The notes under the pieces: generated by a model | The model's input: the letters and a program-made list of their open reading frames with translations, nothing else | Database searches by the model: none | Told to the model about the DNA's origin: nothing | Part shown: piece after piece, positions 20,538 to 29,755 of the stretch | How the letters are laid out: each line of letters starts with the position of its first letter | Numbering within the stretch: the stretch's first letter is position 1 | NCBI GenBank assembly: GCA_963668175.1 | Contig: OY764159.1 | Span: 4,064,001-4,128,000, forward strand | DNA length: 64,000 nucleotides | From: Syntrophales bacterium | GTDB taxonomy: Bacteria > Desulfobacterota > Syntrophia > Syntrophales > PHBD01 | Direction: 5' to 3' | Program-made: the position numbers and the translations under genes

Positions 20538-21289
20538 TGGTCGTGCCTCGCCATCAATTTGATGAAGGTATCCGACAGGGTCGCTTCGGGCCGGTCGGGA
20601 TAGGTCTCGCGGATGATCTCCGCGGGGCTGCCGATGGCCACGATCTTTCCTTCGTTGATCATGACAATCCGCTCGCAGTTGAGGGCTTCGTCCATGTAAT
20701 GGGTTGTCACGAAAACCGTCACACCGTCTGCCGCCAATTGCTTGATAAAGTCCCAGAAATGCCGACGGGTTATCGGATCGACGCCGGAAGTGGGTTCGTC
20801 CAGAAACAGGATATCGGGCCGGTGCAGGAGGGCGCAGCCCAGGGCCAGGCGTTGCCTCCAGCCGGGAGGGAGTTCCCGCGTCAGCCTCGTGCGGACATCC
20901 TGGAGACGGGCCATGTCCAGGGTCCAGGCGATACGCTCTTCCCATTGGTCCCGGGGCACATTGTAGACACCCAGGTAAAAACGGATATTTTCGAAGGGCG
21001 TCATGTCCTCGTAGAGAGAAAATTTCTGGGACATGTAACCGATGGCCGTCTTGATCTCTTCCGGCTGGCGGCGGATATCGAATCCCGCGACCGTTCCTTC
21101 GCCGGATGTCGGCGTGATGATGCCGCAGAGCATGCGGATCGTCGTAGATTTTCCCGATCCGTTCGGCCCCAGAAAACCGAAGATTTCACCTCTTTTCACG
21201 GAAAAGGAGATCCTGTCGACGGCAACGAAGGCACCGAACCTTTTTTCCAGACGGTCGACGGATACGGCGTCAGGGCTCGTGTTTTTCAT
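20534..21289 (-). CDS. ABC transporter ATP-binding protein (resembles the second NBD of YbhF)
   Basis: GPNGSGKST, degenerate signature LPPGWRQ, LDEPTSGVDP, TTHYMDEA. Confidence 0.9.
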   Translation of the reverse strand: MKNTSPDAVSVDRLEKRFGAFVAVDRISFSVKRGEIFGFLGPNGSGKSTTIRMLCGIITPTSGEGTVAGFDIRRQPEEIKTAIGYMSQKFSLYEDMTPFENIRFYLGVYNVPRDQWEERIAWTLDMARLQDVRTRLTRELPPGWRQRLALGCALLHRPDILFLDEPTSGVDPITRRHFWDFIKQLAADGVTVFVTTHYMDEALNCERIVMINEGKIVAIGSPAEIIRETYPDRPEATLSDTFIKLMARHDH

Positions 21290-22034
21290 CGCTCAACTCT
21301 TCTTCAAGCTCCTGGATGCGCTGGACCGTGGCTTCCTCCAACGTGGTATATGACGACTTTATCTCCGCGGGTGTCCCGATGGCCAGGATACGCGCCCGGT
21401 GCATGAGCGCCAGATGATCGCACATCTCTCCCTCGTCGAGGTAGGCCGTGGAGACGACGATCGTCATCCCGTTTTTACGCATCTCCATGAGGATGTCCCA
21501 GAATTCCCGGCGGGAAACAGGGTCCACGCCGTTCGTCGGTTCGTCCAGGATAAGCACGCGCGGCTCGTGGACCAGCACGCAGGCTAGGCCCAGTTTTTGT
21601 TTCATACCTCCCGAGAGATTGCCCGCCGGCCGGTCCAGAAAAGGAAGGAGATTCGAAAAACCGAGATAGCGGTCGCGCCGCGCCTGGCGTTCCGCCCCGT
21701 AGATATTGAAGATATCCATGAAGAAGCTCATGTTTTCCGCGACGGTCAGATCCTGATAGAGACCGAAGCGCTGGGGCATGTAACCGATCAGCGGCTTGAT
21801 CCGCTTTTTCTCCTTGACGGTATCCATGCCGGCTACGAGAATGGTCCCGGACGCAGGCCGAAGCAACATGGCGATCAATCTCAAAAGCGTGGATTTGCCG
21901 GCGCCGTCGGAGCCGACGAGCCCGAAAATCGTCCCTTTCGGGACCGCAAGGGAAACCTCGCGAACAGCCACGGTCTGGCCGAATTTCATGGAAACACGGT
22001 CTACCGTGATTGCGGCATCATCGTAACCAGGCAT
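21270..22034 (-). CDS. ABC transporter ATP-binding protein (resembles the first NBD of YbhF)
   Basis: GSDGAGKST, LSGGMKQK, LDEPTNGVDP, STAYLDE. Confidence 0.9.
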   Translation of the reverse strand: MPGYDDAAITVDRVSMKFGQTVAVREVSLAVPKGTIFGLVGSDGAGKSTLLRLIAMLLRPASGTILVAGMDTVKEKKRIKPLIGYMPQRFGLYQDLTVAENMSFFMDIFNIYGAERQARRDRYLGFSNLLPFLDRPAGNLSGGMKQKLGLACVLVHEPRVLILDEPTNGVDPVSRREFWDILMEMRKNGMTIVVSTAYLDEGEMCDHLALMHRARILAIGTPAEIKSSYTTLEEATVQRIQELEEELSDEKHEP

Positions 22035-23025
22035 CGGCGGGCATACCGGATTTTAGAATCAAGTCTGGATTGGGAATGGAGACTTTGACGAGATAGACGA
22101 GTTTAACCCTTTCCTTGTGGGTCTGAATGATCTTGGGGGTGAATTCCCCTTCGGGAGAGATGAAGGAGACCTTGCCCTTGAAGACCCTGTTCGGAAAAGT
22201 ATCGATCTTGACATCGACGTTCTGACCCGGTTTCACCTTGCCGATTTCCGTTTCGTCGACAAAGATCTTGAGATCGACGGTGGACAAATCGGACAGGGTC
22301 ATGATCTCCCGGCCGATATTCAATACCTCTCCCGGCTCGACGCTGCGGCTCGTGATCACTCCGCCGTAGGGCGCCAAAACCCGGGCATACTTCAGTTGAA
22401 TCGCCGTCTGGTCGGTGGCGGCTTTTGCCGCCTTCGCCGTCGCCTCGATGGCGGCGATCTCCCTCCTGGTCACATCCATGCGGGCCAGATTGCTTTTGGC
22501 CTGCTGCAAAGACGCTTCGGCCTCTATTAATTTCGATCTGGCCGTGTCGTAGTTCAGCTTGACGGCATCCCGCTCTTTTTCGCTGACCACGCCTTGGGAA
22601 AAGAGCTGCGTATAACGTTCGTTGTTCTTCCGGGCGTCTTCCGCGGCAACCCTGGCCGCGGCGACATTGGCCTGGGCCCGGACAACATCGTCGGGCAGGG
22701 TTTTTTCATAAATGGCTAGGACCGTCTCCTGCTGCTGCCGGTTTTTGATCGCACTTTCATAATTGGCTTCGGCCTGTTCGTGACGGGCTTTCAGCTCCGA
22801 CGTTTCGAGTTCCACCAGGACCTGGTCCTTCTCGACGGTCTGCCCTTCCTTGACAAACACCTGCACGACCCGGCCGCCCACCTGGAACGACAAATGGGAT
22901 TGGGTGGCCTCGATCGTCCCGGAGTAATAGTGCTCGGCCTGCTGCGACCGCCACTGGCCGAAGTAGACGAGAACCCCTACACCTATAAGAAGAATGGCAA
23001 ATCCGACGATGATCTTCTTTTTCAT
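22018..23025 (-). CDS. HlyD-family membrane fusion protein (YbhG-like)
   Basis: N-terminal TM, lipoyl-like half motifs, coiled coil, EFTPKIIQT...ERVKLVY, LKSGMPAD. Confidence 0.9.
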   Translation of the reverse strand: MKKKIIVGFAILLIGVGVLVYFGQWRSQQAEHYYSGTIEATQSHLSFQVGGRVVQVFVKEGQTVEKDQVLVELETSELKARHEQAEANYESAIKNRQQQETVLAIYEKTLPDDVVRAQANVAAARVAAEDARKNNERYTQLFSQGVVSEKERDAVKLNYDTARSKLIEAEASLQQAKSNLARMDVTRREIAAIEATAKAAKAATDQTAIQLKYARVLAPYGGVITSRSVEPGEVLNIGREIMTLSDLSTVDLKIFVDETEIGKVKPGQNVDVKIDTFPNRVFKGKVSFISPEGEFTPKIIQTHKERVKLVYLVKVSIPNPDLILKSGMPADAWLR

Positions 23026-23088
23026 ATCCCCACTACCGGTCGATGCAATAACGGCTGTCCGCCGGATATCCTAAAGACGGATTCCCCG

Positions 23089-24438
23089 TTAGGGCAGCCT
23101 CGACGCCATGGCCCGTTCCAGCCTGGCCAGGCTGATGTTGTAATCCCCAAGGGCGGTGAAATAATCGGATTTCGCCCTGGTGAGGAGAGTCTGGGCATCC
23201 AGGACGTCCGTCGAGGTACCCACCTGTTCCTTGTAGCGCTCCTTGCTGATCCGGAAATTCTCTTCGGCCTGCTCGATGGCGGCTTTGGTAACCTGGATCT
23301 GTTTCTCCGCCTCGTGGGCCGACAGCCAGGCGTTCTTCAGATCCAAAGCAACCTGATCCCGTATATTCTGCAGACTGTCGTTGACCTGATTTTCCACGGA
23401 GCGTCTGTAGTCGACCCTGTATTTCGTCCGGCCCCATTCCCAAAAGTTCCAGTTGGCGGCAACGCCTACGTACCAGCTTTCCCGGTCTTTATAGACGGTC
23501 CCGTTGAGGCTTCCCGTATCGCCGTATCTTTCGTAATGGCCGAGCAGGTTGACGCTGGGGAAAAACTCGCTCTGGGCCACCTTGACCAGGCTCTGGGCCT
23601 GATCGACCCTCTTGGAATACGACCTGATCTCGGGACGATTCTCCAGGGCGGTTTTCAGGCAATCATCGAGGGGCATGGTCATAGGTTTATATGCGAGGAT
23701 GTCCTCAACCCTGGTCGGCGTATTAATGTTGCGTCGCAGAATCGTGTTGAATTTCGACTTGGCCATCTCAACGCCGTTGTCGGCCTTCACCATCGATTGC
23801 CGGCCGTTGGCAAGCTCCACTTCGGCCCTGAGCAGATCGTTGCGCGGAATGAGACCGACATCGAAGAAACTCTGGGCGGTATCGCGGTGCGCCTTTAACA
23901 GTTCCACCGATTGCACGGCAACGTCGAGAAGCCTCTCGGCCTTCAGGATGTTGAAATAGGAAATCTTGACGTCCTGAACGAGATCCAGGGTCGTCGCAGA
24001 TTCATCGTAGCGGGCGATCTCCGAACCGGCCCTGCCCGCCTGGTAGTTGGCCAGAATGCCTCCGCCGGCAAAAAGGGGCTGCCTCGCTTCCAGTGCCCAG
24101 GTATAGTTGTTCTGCGTGCCGCTGACGATATACCCTGCCGGAAGCAGGGGCGGAATGCCGGGGAAATAGAATATGGGTTCGTTGTTATATCTGAGATAAT
24201 TGTAGGAAGTGCTCAATTTCGGCAGAAAGCCCGTAAAGGCCTCCTTCTTCTGGGAATCCGCGCCGAAAACCCCCTCTTTCGCCGAGTGGACAAGAACGCT
24301 CTGCTTCAAGGCAATATCGATGCTTTCCTGCAATGTGAGGACCGGTCCGCTGTCGGCGGCGACGGCCGTACCGGAAAAGATCGCGGCACCCAGCACGACC
24401 AATGCGCATCCACACCATAATCTTTTCAAGGAGATCAT
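23089..24438 (-). CDS. TolC-family outer membrane efflux protein
   Basis: Signal peptide, LTLQESIDIAL, two OEP repeats, RYKEQVGTSTDVLDAQ. Confidence 0.9.
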   Translation of the reverse strand: MISLKRLWCGCALVVLGAAIFSGTAVAADSGPVLTLQESIDIALKQSVLVHSAKEGVFGADSQKKEAFTGFLPKLSTSYNYLRYNNEPIFYFPGIPPLLPAGYIVSGTQNNYTWALEARQPLFAGGGILANYQAGRAGSEIARYDESATTLDLVQDVKISYFNILKAERLLDVAVQSVELLKAHRDTAQSFFDVGLIPRNDLLRAEVELANGRQSMVKADNGVEMAKSKFNTILRRNINTPTRVEDILAYKPMTMPLDDCLKTALENRPEIRSYSKRVDQAQSLVKVAQSEFFPSVNLLGHYERYGDTGSLNGTVYKDRESWYVGVAANWNFWEWGRTKYRVDYRRSVENQVNDSLQNIRDQVALDLKNAWLSAHEAEKQIQVTKAAIEQAEENFRISKERYKEQVGTSTDVLDAQTLLTRAKSDYFTALGDYNISLARLERAMASRLP

Positions 24439-24461
24439 TTGAGCCTCTTTCGATTCTAAGG

Positions 24462-25175
24462 TTATCCCTGTTTATTCATCTGCTTCAAAATCGCCTCGAC
24501 ATCCACATTATTGACAGCCTGTGCGCTTCCCCCTTCGGAACCGGCCTTCTCCTGCTCGCAGGCCGTCGACTCCATGATCCCGTCGATATCGACGTCCTCG
24601 CCCCTGGTGAAGGGAAACAAAGGATAGAAGGATATCTCTCCAACGGAAACCTCCAGATAGAACCGATGGCTGCTGGCCGTTTTGAAGGACATCTTCCTCA
24701 GGAGGGGACGATAGATACCCGCTTCGATCGCAATTTCGACGGCTTCATTGACAACCAGCATTTTCGGCTGGCTTTGGCTGACGAAGATGGTCGTATCTTT
24801 TTCCAGATCCACCCGGAATCTGCCGATGCATTGGTTCATCAGCTCGCCTAGGCTGTTAGCGACTTCGTCGGCCGTATGATTGCCGGCAAGATCTTCCTCC
24901 GGCATGCCCATTCCGACAAGATATCGCCTGTAAATCTCCATGGCCGCCTCCGCCGAGAAATTCATGACGATGAGCCCCGTAAAGTCGCCGCCAAACAGGA
25001 CGAAGCAACCGATATCGGGTTTCAGACACGTCTTTTCTATCTTCTGCACCATCGGGGAGAAGGTGATGGAGGAATTCGTCGCTGCCGCCAGGGTGCTCTG
25101 GATCGAACCGCACAGAATCTTGAAGATATCGTCCGTCGTTACCAATTTACTGCCTTTCTTGTTCTTCTGTACCAT
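24462..25175 (-). CDS. DUF3334-family protein with CheX/CheC-like fold
   Basis: LKPDIGCFVLF, GMGMPE, LGELMNQ (ExxN motif), SQPKML. Confidence 0.7.
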   Translation of the reverse strand: MVQKNKKGSKLVTTDDIFKILCGSIQSTLAAATNSSITFSPMVQKIEKTCLKPDIGCFVLFGGDFTGLIVMNFSAEAAMEIYRRYLVGMGMPEEDLAGNHTADEVANSLGELMNQCIGRFRVDLEKDTTIFVSQSQPKMLVVNEAVEIAIEAGIYRPLLRKMSFKTASSHRFYLEVSVGEISFYPLFPFTRGEDVDIDGIMESTACEQEKAGSEGGSAQAVNNVDVEAILKQMNKQG

Positions 25176-25193
25176 GTTTCGCTCCTTGCTCTG

Positions 25194-25832
25194 TTAAATG
25201 CGCCTCAGCGCCTTGATTACCATCCTGCCGATCTGGGCGGCAAAAGGCCCCACCAGCTTGTCGCCCGGAAGGATGAGATCACCTGCCATATCTTTGTATC
25301 TTTCCCGGATGGGAAACGTCATTTTGTAGACGGCCAGGGTGCTCACAACCATTAAATGAAGCGACAGCGGTGCCGTTTCTGCAAAAACGCCTGAAGATAT
25401 GCCCTCATCAAGTACCTTTTTTACAAGATCAATCATCCTGGCGAAATCCTCCAGGACAAAGGCATCCGGCAGATTCCCGCCGCCGGTGGCAATTTCCCTC
25501 ATCATCAGCGGAGGCATCTGGGGATTTGAATCCATGGCCTCGGCCACGGTTAGAATATACGTCATGATCTTCTCTTCGGGCGTCGCCGCGCGGCGGATAT
25601 TCTCCTCGATTCTGTCCGTCGTATTGCCGATTACCTGATGGATGACCTCGGCATAAAGTTCCTTTTTATCGCCGATATGGTAATAGATTGTGGCCTTGTT
25701 CACTCCCGCCCTTCTCGCCACCTCATCCATCCTGGCGCCGGCAAACCCCATTTCGGCGAAGACGTTCCTGGCCGCATCCATGATCTTGAGCCTGGCTTCG
25801 CCGTGCTTGTCTTTGATATCGTGCTCTCCCAT
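25194..25832 (-). CDS. TetR/AcrR-family transcriptional regulator
   Basis: HTH: FAEMGFAGARMDEVARRAGVNKATIYYH; first gene of the efflux operon. Confidence 0.92.
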   Translation of the reverse strand: MGEHDIKDKHGEARLKIMDAARNVFAEMGFAGARMDEVARRAGVNKATIYYHIGDKKELYAEVIHQVIGNTTDRIEENIRRAATPEEKIMTYILTVAEAMDSNPQMPPLMMREIATGGGNLPDAFVLEDFARMIDLVKKVLDEGISSGVFAETAPLSLHLMVVSTLAVYKMTFPIRERYKDMAGDLILPGDKLVGPFAAQIGRMVIKALRRI

Positions 25833-25851
25833 ACATCGTCCCGACAGGAAC

Positions 25852-25906
25852 TTAACCGTTCAGTTTAACTAAATGGTAAAATACTCTGGCAACGCTTTCT
25901 TGTCAA
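25852..25906 (-). promoter_or_regulatory. Promoter and overlapping palindromic TetR operator of the efflux operon
   Basis: Minus strand TTGACA (25906-25901)-N17-TATTTT (25883-25878). Imperfect 14-bp inverted repeat TTAACCGTTCAGTT-T-AACTAAATGGTAAA (25852-25880, 11/14 paired). Confidence 0.6.
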
Positions 25907-26057
25907 GCCTTTTCTTGATCGGCCACCTGAAATAATAAACACAAGTTCTCTGATAGAAATCTATCAATGTGCGTTTCAGAAATCATAACAAAAGCGATTT
26001 CAACGACCATGTCCGAAATCCGCTAGTTATGGCCCCGCATCCATGTTATGAAGTTTT

Positions 26058-27521
26058 ATGCGAACCGAAGAAGATACATACTACGACGCCGTTGCCGCCC
26101 GGGATTACCGCTTCGACGGCAAGTTCTTCGTCGGCGTCAGGACGACGGGCGTTTACTGCCGGCCCATCTGCCCGGCGAGACCCAAGAGGGAAAACATCGT
26201 CTTCTTTCCCGATGCCCTCTCGGCCGAAAAAGCCGGATTTCGCCCCTGCCTCCGCTGCCGGCCGGAATCGGCTCCGCAGTCTCCCGCCTGGAGCGGACGC
26301 AACACGACCATCCACCGGGCCCTGAAACTTATTGCCGGCGGCAACCTTGCCGGGTCGACGCAGGACGATGTAGCGGAAAAGCTCGGCATAAGCGCCAGGC
26401 ACCTGCGGCGTCTCTTTGCGGAAGAATTGGGCAAGACCCCGAATCAGATATGGAGCGAATACCGTCTGAATTTTGCACGAAAACTAATAACGGAAACCGG
26501 ACTGCCCGTGACCGACATCGCTTTCTCGGCGGGATTCTTATCGCTACGCCGATTCAATGAAGCCTTTAAAACCAGGTTCCGCCGCACGCCGAGCGAAATA
26601 CGCCGTGAGCGCCATCAAGAACCGGTTGAGACAACCTTAAAACTGAAGCTCTCATATCGCCCTCCTCTTGATTGGAACGCCCTCCTTGCCTACTATCAAT
26701 CCCATTTGATCACCGGGGTCGAAAACGTCAAAGACAATCGCTATGAACGTGTCTTTCGTCTCGGCGATGCCACAGGCGCCCTTCGCGTTTCCCGGGCCCG
26801 GGAAAGCGAGGCCCTCGAACTGGAAGTCCTTACCACCGCCACCCGGTACCTCTACCGTATCGTACAGAATATCCGCCGGATGTTCGATCTCGACTCGGAC
26901 CCCCTGCTTATAGCCAACGCCTTTTCCTCGTCCCCTTTTATGGCGGCATTGAGCGGAAAATATCCGGGATTGAGACTCGCCCAGAGATGGGACCCGTTTG
27001 AGAGCGCCGTCTTTTCCATTCTTGGCCAACTCGTTTCCGTCGATCAAGCCGGGCGCCTGGTCGGACAACTGGTCCAAGGATACGGCGAAAAGATTCGGAA
27101 CCCCCTTTCGGGGGATGCGGCCTATCTCTTTCCCCGGCCTGAAACCTTGGCGGATGCCTCCCTCGCCGACATTCGGACCACCGAAGCCAGGAAAGAGACG
27201 ATCCGTATATTCAGCCGTCAGATTTCGTCCGGAAGGATTCGCCTCGATTCGGAACAGGACCCGATAGCCTTCAAGGATTCGCTCCTGCAGATCAAGGGGA
27301 TAGGAACATGGACGGCCGACGATATCTGCCTGCGGGCCCTGGGAGACCCGGACGCCTTCCCCGCCGACGACCTCATCCTGAAGCGCGCCTTGGCAAGGCA
27401 TCCGAAACTCCGAATGGAAGCCTTTAAACCATGGCGGGGCTATGCCGCCCTTTACCTCTGGAAGGAATATGCGCAGATTCTTTCGCACAAAAGGAGAAAA
27501 AACGATGACACTATTTTATAA
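26058..27521 (+). CDS. alkA: AdaA-AlkA fusion: Ada Zn domain, AraC HTH and DNA-3-methyladenine glycosylase II
   Basis: TTGVYCRPICPA, GFRPCLRCRP, AraC HTH, HhH IKGIGTWTA, DAFPADD, PWRGYA. Confidence 0.9.
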   Translation: MRTEEDTYYDAVAARDYRFDGKFFVGVRTTGVYCRPICPARPKRENIVFFPDALSAEKAGFRPCLRCRPESAPQSPAWSGRNTTIHRALKLIAGGNLAGSTQDDVAEKLGISARHLRRLFAEELGKTPNQIWSEYRLNFARKLITETGLPVTDIAFSAGFLSLRRFNEAFKTRFRRTPSEIRRERHQEPVETTLKLKLSYRPPLDWNALLAYYQSHLITGVENVKDNRYERVFRLGDATGALRVSRARESEALELEVLTTATRYLYRIVQNIRRMFDLDSDPLLIANAFSSSPFMAALSGKYPGLRLAQRWDPFESAVFSILGQLVSVDQAGRLVGQLVQGYGEKIRNPLSGDAAYLFPRPETLADASLADIRTTEARKETIRIFSRQISSGRIRLDSEQDPIAFKDSLLQIKGIGTWTADDICLRALGDPDAFPADDLILKRALARHPKLRMEAFKPWRGYAALYLWKEYAQILSHKRRKNDDTIL

Positions 27522-28026
27522 AACCATGGAAAGTCCGGTCGGGCGCCTCGTCCTGATCGCCGACCGGAACCATTTGCTCGCCGTCCGCTGGGAAAACAAG
27601 CAATATGATCGGGATATCGGCAGCGCCCAAGAGGATGTCCGCCACCCGGTCCTCCTGGAAGCCGAAAAACAGTTGAACGAATATTTTGCAGGCGCGAGGA
27701 AGTCCTTCCGACTTCCTCTGCCGGAACCCCTGGCCGGCACCGAATTCCAGAACAGGGTCTGGAAAACCTTACGCGACATCCCTTACGGGGAGACCATCAG
27801 CTACGAGGAACTCGCCCGCCGGATCGGCAAACCTTCGGCCTGCCGCGCTGTGGGAGGTGCCAACGGCAGGAACGCCATCCCCATCGTTATACCGTGCCAC
27901 CGGGTCATAGGGAAATCGGGAACGCTGACCGGCTTCGGAGGAGGACTCGACAGAAAAGAAACGCTCCTGAACCTGGAACGGGCCGTTTTGAGAAAGAACA
28001 GCCGTCCGCCGTCGAGGAAGGCCTGA
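27505..28026 (+). CDS. ogt: Methylated-DNA-protein-cysteine methyltransferase
   Basis: IPCHRV active site, RAVGGANGRN. Start at ATG 27505 after an AGGAG RBS. Confidence 0.93.
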   Translation: MTLFYKTMESPVGRLVLIADRNHLLAVRWENKQYDRDIGSAQEDVRHPVLLEAEKQLNEYFAGARKSFRLPLPEPLAGTEFQNRVWKTLRDIPYGETISYEELARRIGKPSACRAVGGANGRNAIPIVIPCHRVIGKSGTLTGFGGGLDRKETLLNLERAVLRKNSRPPSRKA

Positions 28027-28256
28027 CCGGCGACTGCGTTAAACCCCCGATCCACGAGTTTTGGTCCATCTTACCGTCGCGATCGATCCTATTGACTCCT
28101 GGCGGTCATTGGAATTGATTGTTCCGGAAACAGTTTGATATCCCTGACATTTTCCTCGATTCCCGTCGACAGCAGATTTGTTTGACTCAGGGTCGTTTTT
28201 CGGCTATTGATGACCGTCAATCGACCGGAAAGCATTTCCGGCAAGGAGGCGCCATC

Positions 28257-29591
28257 ATGGTGAACGTACTGTTAATAGGCAACGGGGCAAGGGAACATGC
28301 CATCGCCGAAGCCATCGCATCATCGGCCCGCAAACCCGGGCTCTTTGCCTATATGAAGGCCAACAATCCCGGAATCGCGTCCCTTTCGGACAAGGTTCTG
28401 ATCGGCGGATACAACGATCTGGACGGTATTGTGGCTTTTGCCAGGTCGAACCGTATCGATTTCGCCGTTATCGGCCCGGAAGACCCGTTGAATGAGGGCG
28501 CGGTCGATGCCTTGCTGAAAGCCGGCATTCCGTCAGTGGGGCCTTCAAAAAGCCTGGCCAGGCTGGAGACCTCCAAGTCGTTCACCAGGAATCTGCTTGC
28601 GAAATACGACATCCCGGGGAATATTCGCTTCCGGGTATTCACGGGGGAGGAAGGCCTGAAGGCCTTCATGGACAGCCTCCCGGGCATCGTCATCAAACCC
28701 GACGGACTGACGGGCGGGAAAGGGGTCATGGTGCAAGGGGACCACTTCGAAACGCCCGGCCAGGCCCTCGACATCTGCCGGCAGTTTTTGAAAGAGCATC
28801 CCAGCATCACCGTGGAAGAAAAGCTGGAAGGGGAGGAGTTCTCCCTCCAGTGCCTGACGGACGGCAAGACCGTGGTGGCCACGCCTCCCGTCCAGGACCA
28901 CAAGCGCAGATTCGTGGACGACAAAGGCCCGAATACCGGCGGCATGGGTTCCTATTCCTGCGAAGATCACAGTCTGCCCTTCCTTGGGCCCCAGGATGTC
29001 CGTGACGGCCTTGCCATCACCCGGCAGGTAGCCGAGGCTATCTATAAGGAGACTGGCGAATACTATAAAGGAGTCATGTACGGCGGCTTTATGATCACCA
29101 GGACCGGCGTGAAGCTCCTCGAATACAATGCGCGCATGGGTGACCCCGAAGCCATGAATATCCTGCCCCTGCTGGCGACGGATTTTGTCGATATCTGCCG
29201 GGCCATCGTCGACGGGACGCTGGACCGACTGCCGCTGACCTTCCACAAAAAGGCCACGGTATGCAAATACGTTGTCCCGAAGGGGTACGGCCTTCCCAAG
29301 GACCATCCCGATGCGGCCTCTACATCGTCGCAGATCGAAGTGGGCGATACGGGGCAGGCGCGGCTTTACTACTCATCCGTGGACAAGCGGGAAGACGGTC
29401 TCTATATGTCCACATCCCGGGCCATCGGCGTCGTGGGTATCGCGGACAGCCTGGCCGAGGCGGAACAAATCGCCGAAAAGGCCGTATACGCCATCAAAGG
29501 CCCGGTCGCGCACCGGCCTGACATCGGAACGGCAGCGTTGATTGAAAAGCGTGTACATCACATGAAAGACCTCCGCAGTAAACCATCTTGA
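28257..29591 (+). CDS. purD: Phosphoribosylamine-glycine ligase (archaeal-type sequence)
   Basis: GNGAREHA, IGPEDPL, GLTGGKGV, QDHKR...GPNTGGMGSYS, EYNARMGDPE. Start at ATG 28257 after AGGAGG. Confidence 0.93.
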   Translation: MVNVLLIGNGAREHAIAEAIASSARKPGLFAYMKANNPGIASLSDKVLIGGYNDLDGIVAFARSNRIDFAVIGPEDPLNEGAVDALLKAGIPSVGPSKSLARLETSKSFTRNLLAKYDIPGNIRFRVFTGEEGLKAFMDSLPGIVIKPDGLTGGKGVMVQGDHFETPGQALDICRQFLKEHPSITVEEKLEGEEFSLQCLTDGKTVVATPPVQDHKRRFVDDKGPNTGGMGSYSCEDHSLPFLGPQDVRDGLAITRQVAEAIYKETGEYYKGVMYGGFMITRTGVKLLEYNARMGDPEAMNILPLLATDFVDICRAIVDGTLDRLPLTFHKKATVCKYVVPKGYGLPKDHPDAASTSSQIEVGDTGQARLYYSSVDKREDGLYMSTSRAIGVVGIADSLAEAEQIAEKAVYAIKGPVAHRPDIGTAALIEKRVHHMKDLRSKPS

Positions 29592-29755
29592 CCGATGTAA
29601 AACGATTCGTAAAATAAGATCCTCGACTTCCGGCCAGGCTTTCTGCCCGGAAGACGATGCTGAATATTTTCCCGGGACAGTCGGGCGAATGCCATGATGC
29701 GTCGCGGATCGGAATTGAAATTGAAACGAAGGACAACTTCTTAAAGGAGAAAGAA

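Noticed and set aside
25980..26057. Ada box and leaderless start upstream of adaA-alkA
   Set aside because: Only a partial AAAGCG match and no clear promoter; too weak to call.
29592..29755. ZTP (pfl) riboswitch upstream of purH, also sought upstream of purD
   Set aside because: I could not find the conserved GACUGGCG...GCCUGGGC-type elements; only a simple hairpin is present.
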